A DNA stretch of 64,000 nucleotides from Armatimonadota bacterium (GCA_039679675.1 JBDKUN010000003.1:28089-92088), one strand, 5' to 3'; positions 9,846-20,989 are shown, counted from the first letter of the stretch. Numbers and translations: made by a program. Notes: a model not told the origin generated them from the letters alone.

Positions 9846-11891
9846 TTAGAAGCTGGACTGCCGAAATTTATCGGCATAGGCATCTCCCGGCAGTAGCTGT
9901 GAACCAGATTTCCACCGGATGAACCGTTCTATACCTTCGGAGCCATTGTAATATCCTTCAGGTGTATAAGCTATCCACTCCGCCTTTTCATCCGACTGCA
10001 GGCGCAGAAGCGTAGCAAGCAGCCTGCCACTTAGTGAGTGCCATAATTTAACAGTTCCATCTGCACTGGCGCTTGCTAGAACTTTACCATCGGGAGAGTA
10101 AGCCAAAGATTCGATGTTGTTCGCATGGCTGACCAGCATTCTCTTCTCTTTTCCCGTCCGAGTGCTCCACAGATGAACGTCGTTGTCATAGGCTACCCCA
10201 ATTGCGAGGGTTTTGCCATCCGGTGAAAATGCGAGAGCCGACACAGTATCACTGTAGGAATGCCAGGCCAATTCATGCAGCAGTTCTCCTGTGTGTGCGT
10301 TCCACAAGGTCGCGACAAAACAGTGGTGTCCCATTGCAATCATTTCTCTGTCTTTGGAGAACGCTGCAGTCGTAATACTTTCCGGGTAACTGCTCTTGGT
10401 TATTTCATCATGATGATATGCAACAAGCGTATGTTTAAGCTCCCCTGTTTTCATATCCCACATATCAAGTGTGTGCGTCAGGTCACGGGATTGGCTTCCC
10501 ACTGCAAGCGTTCTGCCATCCGGTGAGAAAACGGCTGGTGCAGAGCCGGGTATTGTCATCTCTATCCGACCTGTAGAGGTGTCCCAGATGTTGATAACGC
10601 CCGGCTTCGCAGCAGAAGCCAGGAACCTGCCGTCTGGTGAGTACGATAAAGACCTGTTCCAAACTGGCTCGGTCGAAAGGACTACATCGGCATCCGAGTT
10701 CCCAATGTGTATAATCTTGAGTTCCCCAAGCTGCTGTTCAGCACGTCGAACCCATCTGCCATCGATTGCAATTGTTCGGCCGTCCGGTGAGATAGTAATA
10801 GCCTTTACAGGTGGTACCAGGCCGGATATGGTTTGCTTCAATGCGAAATTTTTTACATCCCAGGATGTTATGGTTCCATCAGCTTGACCCGATACTAACT
10901 CTTTACCGTCCGGTGTGAAGTCGACCGAGGAGACTGCAGAGTGCATCCCGGTTAATGATTTGACGGGCTCTCCAGTTTTCGCATTCCACAGCCTTACTGC
11001 ATTGTCACATCCACCACTGGCAAGGAGTGAACCGTCCGGCGAAAAAGTCAGGCATCTCACCCATTCCTGATGCGCTACAAGCTTCTTAGTGCTCTCATCG
11101 TTTCGCAAAAAGATTGAGCCGTCGCGTCCACCGAATGCAATGGTACTGCTATCGGGAGAAAATGCGACGGAAAGCAGATAGGAATAGTCATCTTGCTTAA
11201 TGCCAAGATAGTTACCGCTTCTCGTGTCCCAGAACCTGACAACCATGAAGCAGACAGCTGCAATGGTGTGCCCATCTGGAGAGAAAACTACTTCCTCGAT
11301 ATCGAGCGCGCCAAGTTTCTCCTTTTCTAATTGCTCCTTGCTTACCGTAAGCGTGTGTAACACCTGTCCAGTAGCAGCGTTCAGGATTTGGATGCTCCCT
11401 AGATCAGTGATTGCCAGCATGCTCCCGTCAGCAGACAAGTCTGCACTCTCTAGAAATTCAAACCGATGTTCCAGTCGTTGTATGATCTTCTGACGCTGCA
11501 CATCCCAGATGACCAGTTTGCCATGATGTGTCTCAGCCAGGAGGTGTCCTTCCGGTGTGAACGCAAACGCACGAGAAAGGGGCTTTAGGGTGCTGATAAG
11601 GCTGCCATCGTGAGGGTTCCAAAGCTTCACGCTTTCACTGTCGTCACTGGCAATAGCTTTTCCGTCCGGGGAGAAAATTATCCGGTCAAGGCCTTCATCG
11701 AGCCCGGATATTCGTCGCAGCATTTCACCTGAATGAATGTCCCAAAGGATGATAGACCTGTCATAGCTACCGCTTGCTAGAATCAATCCGTCGGGAGAGA
11801 ATGTCAGAGATGTCACATCAGCACTGTGGCCGGTGAACAGGACAAGTTCCGGATGCATCTCCGAGGGTGAAGAAGAGGATATTTTGTTCAT
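9846..11891 (-). CDS. WD40-repeat protein (probably two beta-propellers)
   Basis: Many GH...V..LAFSPDG..LAS...D..V.LW repeats; C-terminal EWIAYTPEGYYNGS motif. Confidence 0.93.
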   Translation of the reverse strand: MNKISSSSPSEMHPELVLFTGHSADVTSLTFSPDGLILASGSYDRSIILWDIHSGEMLRRISGLDEGLDRIIFSPDGKAIASDDSESVKLWNPHDGSLISTLKPLSRAFAFTPEGHLLAETHHGKLVIWDVQRQKIIQRLEHRFEFLESADLSADGSMLAITDLGSIQILNAATGQVLHTLTVSKEQLEKEKLGALDIEEVVFSPDGHTIAAVCFMVVRFWDTRSGNYLGIKQDDYSYLLSVAFSPDSSTIAFGGRDGSIFLRNDESTKKLVAHQEWVRCLTFSPDGSLLASGGCDNAVRLWNAKTGEPVKSLTGMHSAVSSVDFTPDGKELVSGQADGTITSWDVKNFALKQTISGLVPPVKAITISPDGRTIAIDGRWVRRAEQQLGELKIIHIGNSDADVVLSTEPVWNRSLSYSPDGRFLASAAKPGVINIWDTSTGRIEMTIPGSAPAVFSPDGRTLAVGSQSRDLTHTLDMWDMKTGELKHTLVAYHHDEITKSSYPESITTAAFSKDREMIAMGHHCFVATLWNAHTGELLHELAWHSYSDTVSALAFSPDGKTLAIGVAYDNDVHLWSTRTGKEKRMLVSHANNIESLAYSPDGKVLASASADGTVKLWHSLSGRLLATLLRLQSDEKAEWIAYTPEGYYNGSEGIERFIRWKSGSQLLPGDAYADKFRQSSF

Positions 11892-12002
11892 GTATGCAAA
11901 TTTTGAAGACGCCTGGTCTTTGGGGGTTGCAACCCAAGTATCTCTTCAGAAGCGTATCCACTGAGGACCGCACAGTGATTATACCACACACTAAACGCTA
12001 TA

Positions 12003-12031
12003 TTGACAGCAACACCAATTCAATTTAGACT
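12003..12031 (+). promoter_or_regulatory. sigma70-type promoter of hemL
   Basis: TTGACA-17-TAGACT; its position argues for a start at 12059 rather than 12032. Confidence 0.65.
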
Positions 12032-12058
12032 ATGAAGCGCAAGGAATACTATCTCAGG

Positions 12059-13354
12059 ATGACTAATTTGGACATCTCACGTTCTAAAGAACTATTCGAT
12101 AAAGCACAAAAACTGATCCCAGGTGGGGTGAACAGCCCGGTGAGGGCGTTCAAGTCGGTCGGGGGTGAGCCGGTCTTCATCAAAAAGGGCGAGGGCAGCC
12201 GGATGATAGACGAGGATGGCAACTCATATGTTGATTATGTCTCATCCTGGGGACCGCTCATCTTCGGGCACGCTCATCCGAGGATAGTCGAGGCAATCAA
12301 GCAGGCAGCCGAGTGTGGAACGACGTTTGGGGCATCTACAGCCGCCGAGGTGACGCTTGCGGAGATGATCGTGGGTGCTATGGCGTCCGTCGAGATGGTA
12401 CGGCTGGTAAACTCCGGCACAGAAGCCGTGATGAGCGCGATCAGGCTCGCCCGCGGGTTCACCCGCCGCAACCGGATCATCAAATTCGAGGGCGGCTACC
12501 ACGGACACAGCGACAGCCTGCTCGCAAAGGCCGGTTCGGGCGTCGCTACGCTCGGAATGCCGGACAGCGCCGGTGTCCCGCCGAATCTTACGGTTGATAC
12601 GATCACACTGCCATATAACAACGTCGAAGCCGTCCGCGCAGCAGTGGCGCTCTATGGAAAGAGTATAGCCTGTATCATCGTCGAGCCCGTAGCAGGGAAT
12701 ATGGGCGTCATCCCACCGAATCCGGGATTTCTGGAGTCGCTCAGGCAGATAACCGCCGAAAACGGGATACTTTTGATCTTCGATGAGGTCATCACAGGGT
12801 TCCGACTGGCCTACGGAGGCGCGCAGGAGCGGTTTGGCGTGACGCCAGACATCACGACAATGGGCAAGATCATCGGCGGAGGGCTGCCGATGGGCGCTTA
12901 CGGCGGCAGGCGCGATATTATGGAGTTTGTAGCCCCGTCAGGGCCTGTCTATCAGGCAGGGACACTCTCCGGTAACCCCCTCGCTGTCGCAGCAGGCATC
13001 GAGATGCTCAAGATGCTCCAGGAGCCGGGAGTATACGATCAACTCGAAGAAAAAGGCTTGATGTTCGCGAAAGGGTTAGCCAACGCCGCGGCATCTGCTG
13101 GGGTAGATGTGCGGATAAACGCTATTGGCTCGATGTCTACGCTCTTCTTCACGGATAAAGAGGTCACGGACTACGAATCAGCAAAAACATCCGACACCGC
13201 GCGCTACGCATCGTTTTTTAAGGGGATGCTGGAGCGCGGGTTCTACTTTGCACCGTCCCAGTTCGAAGCGGCTTTCGTTTCCATGGCACACTCGGAGGAA
13301 GACATTAACGCTACAATAGATGCCGCAAGAGATGTTTTTACAGAGGGGATTTAG
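12059..13354 (+). CDS. hemL: Glutamate-1-semialdehyde 2,1-aminomutase
   Basis: [51 protein letters not shown]. Confidence 0.97.
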   Translation: MTNLDISRSKELFDKAQKLIPGGVNSPVRAFKSVGGEPVFIKKGEGSRMIDEDGNSYVDYVSSWGPLIFGHAHPRIVEAIKQAAECGTTFGASTAAEVTLAEMIVGAMASVEMVRLVNSGTEAVMSAIRLARGFTRRNRIIKFEGGYHGHSDSLLAKAGSGVATLGMPDSAGVPPNLTVDTITLPYNNVEAVRAAVALYGKSIACIIVEPVAGNMGVIPPNPGFLESLRQITAENGILLIFDEVITGFRLAYGGAQERFGVTPDITTMGKIIGGGLPMGAYGGRRDIMEFVAPSGPVYQAGTLSGNPLAVAAGIEMLKMLQEPGVYDQLEEKGLMFAKGLANAAASAGVDVRINAIGSMSTLFFTDKEVTDYESAKTSDTARYASFFKGMLERGFYFAPSQFEAAFVSMAHSEEDINATIDAARDVFTEGI

Positions 13355-13370
13355 AATTGATTGAGACCCG

Positions 13371-13398
13371 TGCTTCGGGACGAACAGCGGTCCCGAAG
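13371..13398. repeat. REP-like hairpin (GCTTCGG family), probably also the convergent terminator
   Basis: CTTCGGGAC-N8-GTCCCGAAG; same arms as the 18074 palindrome. Confidence 0.6.
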
Positions 13399-13428
13399 AA
13401 TAAAGAAGTCAACTTTTTCGGCGTCCAC

Positions 13429-13767
13429 TTACTGAGCCTCGTCTGAAGACTCCACGTCCATGACTGCGCTGAATCCGGTCACAGCTAGAACTGTCTGAGG
13501 TTGGCGGCCATGAGCTACCCGCACAAGCAGCCTATCGGAGTCTGCGAAGAGTTTCTTGTTGGCTACAAGCAATTGTTCGAGCCCAGCTGAGTCGATGTAA
13601 TTCGTCTTTCGCAGATCGACTACGAGCTTTCTACCACCGCGCAACTCAAATGCTTCCTCAACATTTGCTTGAAAAGCACCGACAGTCGTGAGGTCCAGGT
13701 CACCGGTGACATTCACCGAGACTTCTTCCGGGGTTTGCGACATTGTAATTGCCATCTTCGATTCCAT
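13429..13767 (-). CDS. STAS-domain anti-sigma-factor antagonist
   Basis: VTGDLDL...VVDLRKTNYIDSAGL. Confidence 0.88.
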   Translation of the reverse strand: MESKMAITMSQTPEEVSVNVTGDLDLTTVGAFQANVEEAFELRGGRKLVVDLRKTNYIDSAGLEQLLVANKKLFADSDRLLVRVAHGRQPQTVLAVTGFSAVMDVESSDEAQ

Positions 13768-13813
13768 AGGTGACCTTTCCCTAGCCGGAAAACAGCGGTA
13801 AATGCGGTTGCGG

Positions 13814-14833
13814 TTACTCCAAGCCGTATTGGCTGTAGTTATCCCTTATCTCGTCCCATTCGTCAAGCGCTTTTCCGGTGCCGAGAGCGACACAGGAAAG
13901 CGGGTCTTCGGCCACATGAATCGGAATATTTGTTTCGATAGACAGTAACTTGTCGAGCCCTCGAAGAAGGGCACCCCCACCAGTCAGCATAACGCCGCGT
14001 TCTATAATGTCAGACGACAGTTCAGGTGGTGTAAGTTCCAGCACACTCTTGATCCGGTCGACAATCATACTTACAGGTTCGGAAAGCGCCGCCCGGATCT
14101 CTTCGGATGTGACTTCAATCGTTTTAGGGAGCCCTGCGACCATATCCCTGCCGCGGACTTCCAGAGTCATCTCCGTGTGCAGCGGATACGCAGAACCGAT
14201 CTTGACCTTGATCTCCTCTGCTGTCCGATCCCCTATCATAAGGTTATATCTACTCTTTACATGACGGACGATAACTTCATCCATCTTATTGCCGCCCACC
14301 CGCACCGAACGGGAAACAACTATCCCGCCGAGCGATATGACGGCAATATCCGTGGTTCCACCGCCTATGTCGATGACCATATTTCCGCCAGGCGATGATA
14401 TAGGCAGCCCAGCGCCTATGGCCGCCGCCATTGGTTCTTCTATGGGGAGAGCTTCACCTGCTCCGGCGTTTCTGGCTGCCTGCATAACAGCGCGTCTTTC
14501 TACACTCGTAACACCGGACGGGACGCATATAAGCACTCTAGGCTTGAACATACGCTTACGCCCGCATACCTTGGCAATAAGGTATTCGAGCATCTTGTGG
14601 GTGGTCGTGAAATCCGCTATAACACCTTCGCTCATTGGGCGTATGGCGACTATATTGCCTGGGGTGCGGCCTATCATCAATCGAGCTTCTTCGCCGATTG
14701 CCAAGACTTTTTTAGTTACCGTGGACATGGCAACTACACTCGGTTCTCGAAGCAGAATTCCTTTGCCCTTCAAAAAGACGACTATATTAGCAGTCCCGAG
14801 GTCGATCCCAAGTTCTGGGACTATACTGAACAC
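13814..14833 (-). CDS. mreB: Rod-shape-determining actin-like protein MreB/Mbl
   Basis: [42 protein letters not shown]. Confidence 0.95.
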   Translation of the reverse strand: MFSIVPELGIDLGTANIVVFLKGKGILLREPSVVAMSTVTKKVLAIGEEARLMIGRTPGNIVAIRPMSEGVIADFTTTHKMLEYLIAKVCGRKRMFKPRVLICVPSGVTSVERRAVMQAARNAGAGEALPIEEPMAAAIGAGLPISSPGGNMVIDIGGGTTDIAVISLGGIVVSRSVRVGGNKMDEVIVRHVKSRYNLMIGDRTAEEIKVKIGSAYPLHTEMTLEVRGRDMVAGLPKTIEVTSEEIRAALSEPVSMIVDRIKSVLELTPPELSSDIIERGVMLTGGGALLRGLDKLLSIETNIPIHVAEDPLSCVALGTGKALDEWDEIRDNYSQYGLE

Positions 14834-16104
14834 AGAGTAATTCCCTTTCTTTCCGAATCCGCACGCATAACTTCTGCGCCTAATTCCTGCAGCTTATCGA
14901 CCAGCCGCTCATAGCCCCGGTCGATGTGCTCCAGGCCGGATATTTCAGACTCGCCTTCAGCGCCGAGCGCTGCGACGATCATGGCAGCCCCGGCTCTCAG
15001 ATCAGTTGCTGTCACCTGGGCTCCTGTCAGTTTATCGACTCCCTTGACTACGGCGGTCCGGCCATCCTGTTTGATGTCCGCGCCCATTCTCTGGAGTTCA
15101 CTGATATATCTGAACCGTCTTTCATAGACGTTCTCAGTCACTATAGAAGTTCCCTGGGCTATCGAGAGCAGTGCTACAAACGGCTGCTGCATATCCGTCG
15201 GGAAGCCTGGGTGAGGCATTGTCACGACATCCGTTGCAAGCGGCCTTGCGTTCGCGCGCACTCTCAGCCAGTCTTCACCGACTGTGACTACCGCGCCTGT
15301 CTCGCGCAGTTTTAGTATGGACGGTTCCATCTGCCTGGGACAGGCTCCTTCAATTTTTACATCACCCTGAGTCATCGCAGCTGCGACAGCAAATGTTCCG
15401 GCTTCCATCCTGTCCGGGATTATACGGTGCGGAACAGCAATGAGTTCCCCGACTCCTTCTACACGGATGGTAGTAGTCCCGGCGCCCTCTATCCGCGCGC
15501 CCATGGCTGTAAGATAATTCGCAAGGTCTACTATCTCCGGCTCCATGGCGGCATTTTGGATAATAGTCACGCCTTCAGCCAGACACGCCGCTGTCATAAT
15601 GTGCTGTGTAGCACCGGCGCTCGGGAAGTCCAGATAAACTTCCGCTCCATGAAGCTTTTCAGCCTCAGCTTCCACGAACCCGTGCTCTGTCTCGATGTGG
15701 GCACCAAGCGCCTGAATCCCTTTTACATGAAAATCAATCGGTCTTGCGCCTATATCGCAGCCGCCGGGCATCGCTACTTTTGCATAGCCTTTTCGAGCAA
15801 GGAGTGGTCCCAGCACGGTGAAAGACGCCCGCATCTTCTTGACCAGGTCATATGGGGCTTCTGATGAGCGCAGGTTGGTTGCATCGATCGAAACATTATC
15901 GCCGTCGATCTCACACTCAGCACCAAGCGCGCTGAGCATCTCTACCATTGTGTATATATCGCCTATTTTTGGCACATTAGAAAGTACAGTTCGTCCTTTA
16001 GCAAGCAGCGAGGCTGCCATGACAGCCAGTGCGCCGTTTTTGCTGCCGCTGGCTTTGATGGTTCCCCTGAGTGGGGTGCCACCGATTACATACAACTTAT
16101 CCAA
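14821..16104 (-). CDS. murA: UDP-N-acetylglucosamine 1-carboxyvinyltransferase
   Basis: [42 protein letters not shown]. Confidence 0.97.
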   Translation of the reverse strand: MDKLYVIGGTPLRGTIKASGSKNGALAVMAASLLAKGRTVLSNVPKIGDIYTMVEMLSALGAECEIDGDNVSIDATNLRSSEAPYDLVKKMRASFTVLGPLLARKGYAKVAMPGGCDIGARPIDFHVKGIQALGAHIETEHGFVEAEAEKLHGAEVYLDFPSAGATQHIMTAACLAEGVTIIQNAAMEPEIVDLANYLTAMGARIEGAGTTTIRVEGVGELIAVPHRIIPDRMEAGTFAVAAAMTQGDVKIEGACPRQMEPSILKLRETGAVVTVGEDWLRVRANARPLATDVVTMPHPGFPTDMQQPFVALLSIAQGTSIVTENVYERRFRYISELQRMGADIKQDGRTAVVKGVDKLTGAQVTATDLRAGAAMIVAALGAEGESEISGLEHIDRGYERLVDKLQELGAEVMRADSERKGITLCSV

Positions 16105-16181
16105 AATATGTCAACCTCCTGTCAGAGAACACTCCATTCTCTTCCAGGCCTTCCTTGAAACCGGTTAATAGCTCTGGCTCA

Positions 16182-16210
16182 AGTATATCGGAAGCCCTGG
16201 TTAGTGTCAA
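16182..16210 (-). promoter_or_regulatory. sigma70-type promoter of murA-mreB
   Basis: TTGACA-17-TATACT on the minus strand. Confidence 0.7.
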
Positions 16211-16555
16211 GCAGTGTTACTCAACCACAATTCCTACACAATGGTAGTTTGAGTGTACCCCTACCTTCGATTACGTTAAGCAGCCAAGAACCTGCAATAA
16301 TAGTTTACCCATTCGGAGTACGCCGCTGGCTGCCATTTATAATAACGTGTAAACTGCTGCGAAGTTTACATACTACAGAGTTTTTGACGGCTTGAATTGA
16401 CTGTTGTTCCGTCTTTTACAAAAGGCCGGGAGGTAGGATTAGTTAAGATGAACGCGGCTGAAGAGCAGAATTATAGCTTTGTAGTGGATAATCGCGGCCG
16501 ATTGCGGCAATTTGGGCGACTGATGGCCGTCAATTGTTAACCCGCACTATCCATT

Positions 16556-17956
16556 TTACGAATAATGCGGGTTAGATAAAGCCGCACGCGCTGCATCGAG
16601 TTGGCGCTCGACGGCTGAACGGGCTGTGCCGCCTGGTACCGACCTGGCGGCAGCGCTTTCCTCAGGTTTGAGGAGCTGAAGGGCCTCTTCCGTCGCTTCC
16701 GGGACAAGATGCTTTAGCTCATCGAGCGTCAAGTCAGACAAGTCTCTGTTCGAAGCTATACAGTCGGCTACGAGCTTGCCGACTACCGCATGGGCGTTTC
16801 TAAACGGCATCCCGGTCCGCACGAGATAGTCCGCGAGGTCCGTAGCAGTCGAGAAATCTCCCTTGAGAGACCGGCGCATCCTGTCCTTATTGAACCTTGC
16901 GGTCGCTACCATCGGAATAAAGACGTTGAGCGCGCCGCGGAGCGTGTCGGCGGCGTCGAAAATGGGCTCCTTGTCTTCCTGCAGGTCGCGGTTGTACGAG
17001 AGCGGCAGCCCTTTTTGGACTGTCAGAATAGTTATCAGGTCGCCGAACACCCTTCCGGTCTTGCCGCGGGTAAGCTCGGCAGCGTCCGGGTTCTTCTTTT
17101 GGGGCATAATGCTCGATCCGGTAGTGACGGAGTCGTCGAGCTCAACGAAACCGAACTCCGGCGTTGACCAGTATACCAGCTCTTCGGCAAACCTAGAGAG
17201 ATGTGTCATTGCAATCGCGGTCGCGGCGAGAAATTCGGAGATAAAGTCCCTGTCGGACACTGCATCCAGGCTGTTTTCGGATATACGGGAAAATCCAAGC
17301 TCACATGCGACAAAATCCCGGTCTATAGGGAACCCTGTCCCTGCGAGCGCACCAGACCCGAGCGGCAGTACGTCTGCACGTTTCCGGCAGTCGTTGAACC
17401 GGCCCTTGTCCCGCTCCAGCATCCAGAAATATGCAAGCAGGTGGTGCGCAAGAAGCACCGGCTGGGCGTGCTGCATGTGGGTGTAGCCCGGCATAAGCGT
17501 GTCGAGGTGGTCTCCGGCCAGATCGACGAGCACGCGCTGGAAATCCGCTATAAGCTCCGTGATTACGCTTGTTTCGTCCTTTATCCACAGCCGGACATCC
17601 GTCGCAACCTGGTCATTGCGGCTTCTCGCGGTGTGCAGCCGCCCTGCCGCGTCACCTATCCGCGCGTAAAGCAGCTTTTCGACGTTCATATGGACATCTT
17701 CGGCTGAAGGGTCGAACTCGACCTTTCCGGCGTGGTAGTCTTCGAGAAGCGACTTGAGCCCCTCCACGATCTTTACCGAATCATCCGCCGGAATGATGCC
17801 GCACTTGCCGAGCATCCGGGCGTGGGTAATCGAACCCCTTATGTCCTGCTCGAAAAGCCTCGAATCGTAATGAACCGAGGCGGTGAATTCCTCCACAGCC
17901 TTATCAGTAGGCTTGGCGAACCTGCCGCCCCAGAGTTTTTTTGAGTTATCAGTCAT
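16556..17956 (-). CDS. argH: Argininosuccinate lyase
   Basis: LWGGRF, HTARSRNDQ, GSSIMPQKKNPD, YNRDLQEDK. Confidence 0.97.
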   Translation of the reverse strand: MTDNSKKLWGGRFAKPTDKAVEEFTASVHYDSRLFEQDIRGSITHARMLGKCGIIPADDSVKIVEGLKSLLEDYHAGKVEFDPSAEDVHMNVEKLLYARIGDAAGRLHTARSRNDQVATDVRLWIKDETSVITELIADFQRVLVDLAGDHLDTLMPGYTHMQHAQPVLLAHHLLAYFWMLERDKGRFNDCRKRADVLPLGSGALAGTGFPIDRDFVACELGFSRISENSLDAVSDRDFISEFLAATAIAMTHLSRFAEELVYWSTPEFGFVELDDSVTTGSSIMPQKKNPDAAELTRGKTGRVFGDLITILTVQKGLPLSYNRDLQEDKEPIFDAADTLRGALNVFIPMVATARFNKDRMRRSLKGDFSTATDLADYLVRTGMPFRNAHAVVGKLVADCIASNRDLSDLTLDELKHLVPEATEEALQLLKPEESAAARSVPGGTARSAVERQLDAARAALSNPHYS

Positions 17957-18073
17957 TTGTTGTTAGCTTTCAGTTGGGGAAAATGGGGGAACAGAAGGAT
18001 TTGGGATTTACTGATGGGCCGGGGGATCCATGCCCTCTGCCATTTTTCCATTGCTTCGGAGTAGTGGAGATTC

Positions 18074-18145
18074 ATGCTTCGGGACGGACTGCAGTCCGTC
18101 CCGAAGCATAGGTAAATCCTTAAATCCTAAATCCCTGATTCCTAA
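18074..18145. repeat. Composite intergenic repeat: 36-bp perfect palindrome plus heptamer run
   Basis: ATGCTTCGGGACGGACTG|CAGTCCGTCCCGAAGCAT followed by TAAATCC-like units. Confidence 0.75.
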
Positions 18146-19326
18146 CCTTTCACCTGCTGGTACATCCGGGCCTGCAGTCCGTGGAGTTCCACCATACCGG
18201 CCACTCTGGACTGGTCGAACGAGTCGGTGTCGAAGCTCGCCATTTCCTCGGAGTAAAGCGCATGCTTGCTGGCTCTTCCGACGACGCTCACATTGCCCTT
18301 GTAGAACCTCAGCGTGACCGTGCCGGTCACTCGCTCTTGGATCCTGTTGATGAATGCGTCCAGGTCTTCCTTGAACGGGTCGAACCACAGCCCTTCATAG
18401 ACCAGCTTGCCCCACTCGACATCCACCAGTGACTTGAATCTGAGCTCTTCCTTGGTGCATACCAATGCTTCGAGCGCTTTGTGGGCTTTCAGGATCGCTA
18501 CCGCGCCGGGGCACTCGTAGTTTTCGCGGACTTTGAGTCCCATCATCCTGTCTTCCATCATGTCGATCCGGCCGACGCCGTATTCGCCCGATATATTGTT
18601 CATCTCAGTCACGAACTGTGTGGGTGACAAGGATTTTCCGTCTATCGATACAGGTGCACCCTTTTCAAATCCGAGTTCGACATCGCGCGGCTGGTCCGGG
18701 GCATCCTGCGGGCTCTTGGTCCACTTGTAAATCTCCTCCGGTGCGGCATAATCCGGCTCTTCCAGCCTGCCGCCCTCGATGGAACGTCCCCACATGTTCT
18801 CATCGATAGACCAGATTTTGGCTACGCTCTGCGATACGGGAACACCCTTCTTTTTGGCGTAATCGATTTCCCATGTGCGGGTCATGTTTCGCTCGCGCAT
18901 AGGAGCGATGATATTTACATCCGGCATGAATGCGCGTATCGCGAACTCAATGCGGAACTGGTCGTTGCCCTTGCCGGTGCAGCCGTGGCAAAATGCCTCA
19001 GCTCCGGTCTTCTTTGCGATTTCCACGACCTTGAGCCCGATCAGCGGCCTGGCGATGGACGTGCTGAGCGGATAACCCTCATAATCGGCGTTGGCTTTGA
19101 TTGCAGGAAAGATGAAGTCTTTTGCGAACTCATCCTTCGCATCGATGGTGTAGTGTTCCGTGCCGAGGGCTTTAGCCTTCGTCTCAGCTTCTTTTATATC
19201 CGCGGCCGGCTGGCCGACATCTATGGTTACGGTCACGACGTGATCGAAGCCATAATCTTCTCTCATCATCGGGATGCAGACGGATGTGTCCAATCCACCC
19301 GAATAGACGAGTAAAACGGTGCGCAT
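18142..19326 (-). CDS. argG: Argininosuccinate synthase
   Basis: YSGGLDTS, HGCTGKGNDQFR, SIDENMWGRSIEGG, KVRENYE. Confidence 0.97.
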   Translation of the reverse strand: MRTVLLVYSGGLDTSVCIPMMREDYGFDHVVTVTIDVGQPAADIKEAETKAKALGTEHYTIDAKDEFAKDFIFPAIKANADYEGYPLSTSIARPLIGLKVVEIAKKTGAEAFCHGCTGKGNDQFRIEFAIRAFMPDVNIIAPMRERNMTRTWEIDYAKKKGVPVSQSVAKIWSIDENMWGRSIEGGRLEEPDYAAPEEIYKWTKSPQDAPDQPRDVELGFEKGAPVSIDGKSLSPTQFVTEMNNISGEYGVGRIDMMEDRMMGLKVRENYECPGAVAILKAHKALEALVCTKEELRFKSLVDVEWGKLVYEGLWFDPFKEDLDAFINRIQERVTGTVTLRFYKGNVSVVGRASKHALYSEEMASFDTDSFDQSRVAGMVELHGLQARMYQQVKG

Positions 19327-19416
19327 TTGTATCTCCTTTAACTACGTTTAATAAGCGAAGACCGGTAGAGTTTTTTATTGCGAAAACATGCGGTCCTCCG
19401 CCAGTCCAGAAAGCAG

Positions 19417-19474
19417 GCTTCGGCGCAGAAAACGCGCCGAAGCATACCTGCAATCCTAAATTCTGAATCCTAAA
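19417..19474. repeat. Second composite repeat (GCTTCGG hairpin plus AATCCTA heptamers)
   Basis: GCTTCGGCGC-N7-GCGCCGAAGC, then AATCCTAAA TTCTG AATCCTAAA. Confidence 0.65.
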
Positions 19475-19476
19475 CA

Positions 19477-20949
19477 CTATACAATCAGCGAGAGAAGCGC
19501 TTTTTGGGCGTGGAGCCGGTTCTCGGCTTCGTCTAGCACGGCCGACTGCAGTCCGTCCAGCACTTCGGATGTTATTTCATCGCCCCGATGCGCCGGCAGG
19601 CAGTGGAGCACGATGGCGTCCTGCTTTGCCTTCGTCATCAGCTTCTTGTTGACCTGATACGGAGCGAAAGCTTTCTTTCGAAGCTCCTGCTCAGTTTCTT
19701 GTCCCATCGACGCCCAAACGTCCGTGTAAAGCACATCCGCGCCATCGGCAGCTTCAGCGGGGTTCTTCACGACCTCGATCATGGAGCCGGTACCTTCACC
19801 GATCTCACGAGCGGTCCGTATAATCTCCTCGTTCGGTTCGTAACCCTCTGGGCATGCTATGGAAAAATGGGTCCCGACTTTTGCTGCGCAGAGCATCAGG
19901 CTGTTCGCCACATTGTTTCCGTCGCCGATGAACGCGAGTTTCAGCCCTTTGAACTCGCCTTTTCTCTCTTTAATCGTCAGAAAGTCGGCGAGTATCTGGC
20001 ACGGATGCTCAAGGTCCGAAAGGCCGTTGATCACGGGTATAGTCGCATTTTTAGCAAGCCCGGTTACAGTATCATGGGAGAATACTCTGGCCATGATGGC
20101 GTTACACCACCTGGAAAGGTTCTTCGCCACATCTTCCACCGTTTCGCGGACGCCGATGCTTATGTCTGCTGGCGCAAGGTAGATCGCATGTCCGCCGAGC
20201 TGGGTCATGCCTGTCTCAAACGTGACTCTTGTCCTTAAACTGGGTTTCTCGAAGATCATTGCAAGCGTTCGCCCCGGCAGAATAGACCTGTGAGAAGTCG
20301 GGTCTTCCTTGATGGTCCTTTTCAGCAGTTCTGCGACGCCCAGAACGAGCTCGATCTCACCTGTCGACAGGTCGAGTATGGACGTGATGTTCCTGCCGCG
20401 AAGCCGGCTGGTATTTTTCAGTCCTGCAATGCTTTGAGGGTGGTTCGGGCTAAACCCGGCATCGTCTATCAGCATCCTTGCAACTTCGCTGCTCTTTTCC
20501 CTGGCTTCCTGGTCCCGTTTTTCCTGGAGATCATAAGTCTCCGCACGGGCTCTGTCGAGCGTCACGCCGAGCCGTGCAAGGACTTTGGCTGCAATTCCTT
20601 CTCGCTCATGGATAAGCCCCAGAAGCAGATGCTCTGTGCCGATATAATTGTTGTCGAGTTCTCTGGCTTCCTCATAAGCCAGGTCTATGACCCGTTTTGC
20701 GCGGGGAGCAAGTTGCATGTCATCGCCTAGTCTACCTTCACCCCGCTTCACATTTGAATCCAGTTCGGCCCTAATGATGTCGAGTGACACATCCAGGTTC
20801 TTCAGCACCTTCACCGCGATGCTGCTCGGCTCTCTTATAAGTCCGAGCAAAAGGTGCTCCGTTGATACATGGTTTTCTCCGAACCTGCCCGCTTCCTGTT
20901 GAGCGAAGAAGATCACCCTGCGCGCGCGTTCCGTAAATTTATCCCACAT
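19477..20949 (-). CDS. argF: Ornithine carbamoyltransferase fused to an N-terminal ClpC-type (Clp_N double repeat) domain
   Basis: aa 1-~143: FTERARRV...STEHLLLGLIRE and APRAKRVI...GTEHLLLGLIHE. aa ~183-490: FEKPSLRTR, HPCQ, DVWASMG, HCLP. Lies between argD and argG. Confidence 0.93.
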   Translation of the reverse strand: MWDKFTERARRVIFFAQQEAGRFGENHVSTEHLLLGLIREPSSIAVKVLKNLDVSLDIIRAELDSNVKRGEGRLGDDMQLAPRAKRVIDLAYEEARELDNNYIGTEHLLLGLIHEREGIAAKVLARLGVTLDRARAETYDLQEKRDQEAREKSSEVARMLIDDAGFSPNHPQSIAGLKNTSRLRGRNITSILDLSTGEIELVLGVAELLKRTIKEDPTSHRSILPGRTLAMIFEKPSLRTRVTFETGMTQLGGHAIYLAPADISIGVRETVEDVAKNLSRWCNAIMARVFSHDTVTGLAKNATIPVINGLSDLEHPCQILADFLTIKERKGEFKGLKLAFIGDGNNVANSLMLCAAKVGTHFSIACPEGYEPNEEIIRTAREIGEGTGSMIEVVKNPAEAADGADVLYTDVWASMGQETEQELRKKAFAPYQVNKKLMTKAKQDAIVLHCLPAHRGDEITSEVLDGLQSAVLDEAENRLHAQKALLSLIV

Positions 20950-20989
20950 ACCGTAATTATCCTTTCGACTCCAGTGTCTTGTTTACTAT

